A DNA stretch of 64,000 bases from Opitutales bacterium (GTDB lineage: Bacteria; Verrucomicrobiota; Verrucomicrobiia; Opitutales; PNEW01): NCBI GenBank assembly GCA_965219535.1, contig CBDCNV010000002.1:1993305-2057304 (forward strand), read 5' to 3'. Position numbers and translations under genes: made by a program. Within the stretch, counting starts at the first letter, position 1. Every line of letters begins with the position of its first letter. This document shows, piece by piece, positions 62,674 through 64,000 of this stretch. Under the pieces are notes generated by a model that was not told the DNA's origin, searched no databases, and was given only the letters and a program-made list of their open reading frames with translations.

Positions 62674-64000
62674 ATGGTGTCTAAAAACAATTCTGAATCT
62701 TACTTAAATGGGAAGGATATGGCTATAACTGAAGATTCAAAAGTAAGTGACGAAGTGGGGGACGATTCTTGCCATGCTGATTCAAATACTTTCATACGTT
62801 TAGAACCACGATTCTGGATAGCTTTAATCTTCACGATCCCTGTTCTGGTCTTAGCCATGGCGGAGATGGTTCCGTTTTTAAATATTCAGGCAATACTTCC
62901 GGAAAAAACAATTTTATGGCTGCAATTAATACTTGCGACACCTGTGGTCTGCTGGGCGGGATTGCCATTTTTTAAGTGGGGCTGGCAATCTTTAATCAAG
63001 TTGGATTTCAACATGTGGACCTTGATCTCAATCGGGACGGGTACCGCTTACCTTTTCAGTTTATTGGCAATTGTCGTTCCCGATATTTTTCCACCGTCGG
63101 TTGGCAGTGATGGCATGTTACCCATTTATTTTGAATCTGCAGCGGTCATTATAACGCTCGTCCTCTTCGGCCAAATATTGGAATCGCGGGCGAGTGATAA
63201 AACCGGGGATGCAATCCGCAGTTTATTAGACCAGTCGCCCAAAGTAGCCTGCCGGGTGGAAACGAGCGGAGATCAGATCGTTTCTCTCGATCTTGTAAAA
63301 ATAAATGATCGTTTGCGTGTCCGTCCGGGGGATAAAATACCCGTCGATGGTACTATCGTGGAAGGGAGTAGTTCTATTACCGAATCGATGATCAGCGGTG
63401 AGTCCATTCCCGTAGATAAAACGGTGGGAGATGCAGTAATTGGTGGGACGATAAATAATGAAGGTGCCTTTATTATGAAGGCAGAGAGGGTAGGCGCAGA
63501 AACGGTTTTAGCACGTATTATCGATCTTGTTTCAAAAGCTCAGAAAAGCCAGGCCCCTATCCAGCGTGTCGCGGACAGGGTATCAGCTTTCTTTGTCCCC
63601 GCGGTTATCGCCATTGCTTTCATTACATTTATATTTTGGATAGTGTGGGGACCGGAACCTCGCTTGAACTACGCACTCATCAATGCCGTTTCCGTATTGA
63701 TCATCGCCTGTCCCTGTGCTCTTGGTTTAGCTACACCGTTGTCGATCATGGTCGGTGTAGGGCGGGGCGCACAGTCTGGAGTTTTCATTAAAGACGCTAT
63801 TGCCCTTGAAACTCTAAGCGGGGTGCAGTCACTACTTCTGGATAAAACAGGAACGCTAACTGAGGGACGGCCACGTGTAGTTGAGATTAATGCGTTAGAT
63901 CCTTGGGAAGAAAACGAGATACTACAATACGCCGCTACCTTGGAGAAAAACAGCGCGCACCCTTTAGGGGTAGCCATCGTTGATGCAACAGCGGAGAAAA
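62674..64000 (+). CDS. Heavy-metal (Cu/Ag-type) P1B-type ATPase, 3' end outside window
   Basis: The frame is open from ATG 62674 to the window edge and is absent from the ORF track because it has no stop. The translation shows an A-domain MISGES, a TM6 CPC motif ([13 protein letters not shown]) and the phosphorylation site DKTGTLT. No N-terminal GMxCxxC metal-binding domain. Confidence 0.9.
   Translation, partial: MVSKNNSESYLNGKDMAITEDSKVSDEVGDDSCHADSNTFIRLEPRFWIALIFTIPVLVLAMAEMVPFLNIQAILPEKTILWLQLILATPVVCWAGLPFFKWGWQSLIKLDFNMWTLISIGTGTAYLFSLLAIVVPDIFPPSVGSDGMLPIYFESAAVIITLVLFGQILESRASDKTGDAIRSLLDQSPKVACRVETSGDQIVSLDLVKINDRLRVRPGDKIPVDGTIVEGSSSITESMISGESIPVDKTVGDAVIGGTINNEGAFIMKAERVGAETVLARIIDLVSKAQKSQAPIQRVADRVSAFFVPAVIAIAFITFIFWIVWGPEPRLNYALINAVSVLIIACPCALGLATPLSIMVGVGRGAQSGVFIKDAIALETLSGVQSLLLDKTGTLTEGRPRVVEINALDPWEENEILQYAATLEKNSAHPLGVAIVDATAEK

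Overview
AT-rich bacterial chromosomal window (low-40s %GC by eye) from a diderm organism (LptC/A/B, beta-barrel OMP, SecY). The lineage cannot be fixed from sequence alone. Most of it is core housekeeping. It starts with the tail of the spc/alpha ribosomal cluster (rplO', secY, map, rpsM, rpsK, rpsD, rpoA, rplQ), then guaA and a partial his cluster (hisD-C-B-H). Next come gltA, a stand-alone coaB, a cytoplasmic PAS histidine kinase with a sigma54 (NtrC-type) regulator, and an envelope/EPS locus (GT-C-like membrane protein, OMP, Wzc-like BY-kinase, tRNA-Gly, LbH transferase). Further on are gyrB-gyrA, a HIT-phoH-pgpH-ybeY-DUF502-recO-like operon, lptC-lptA-lptB-hprK, dnaA with an AT-rich upstream region (candidate oriC), ligA, a giant NAD-glutamate dehydrogenase, aroE, yggS, a LysR regulator and a 3'-truncated P1B-type ATPase. 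No CRISPR array, rRNA or recognisable defence system was seen. The unusual content is mostly mobile-element biology. (1) Two 1345-bp IS3-family copies that appear identical sit in inverted orientation and bracket 34.7 kb that contains dnaA, the candidate oriC, gyrBA and ligA. (2) Copy 1 sits precisely inside the signal-peptide codons of the OMP gene at the head of the EPS locus, with a CTCT duplication, and the empty site can be rebuilt in frame. (3) Both IS copies carry in-frame TGA codons in orfA and in orfB, on top of the canonical A7 -1 frameshift site. (4) Copy 2 has no target duplication and abuts a 5'-truncated surface-protein remnant, a GC-rich patch and tRNA-Pro. (5) A 735-bp IS1595-family (IS1016-like) element with an 8-bp duplication splits hisH from gltA. 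Other leads: a small acidic protein whose ATG directly abuts the dnaA stop, in the position usually held by dnaN; a 581-aa Rieske-domain fusion protein; long low-complexity extensions on S11 and L17; and a 600-bp apparently non-coding gap at 42.0-42.6 kb.
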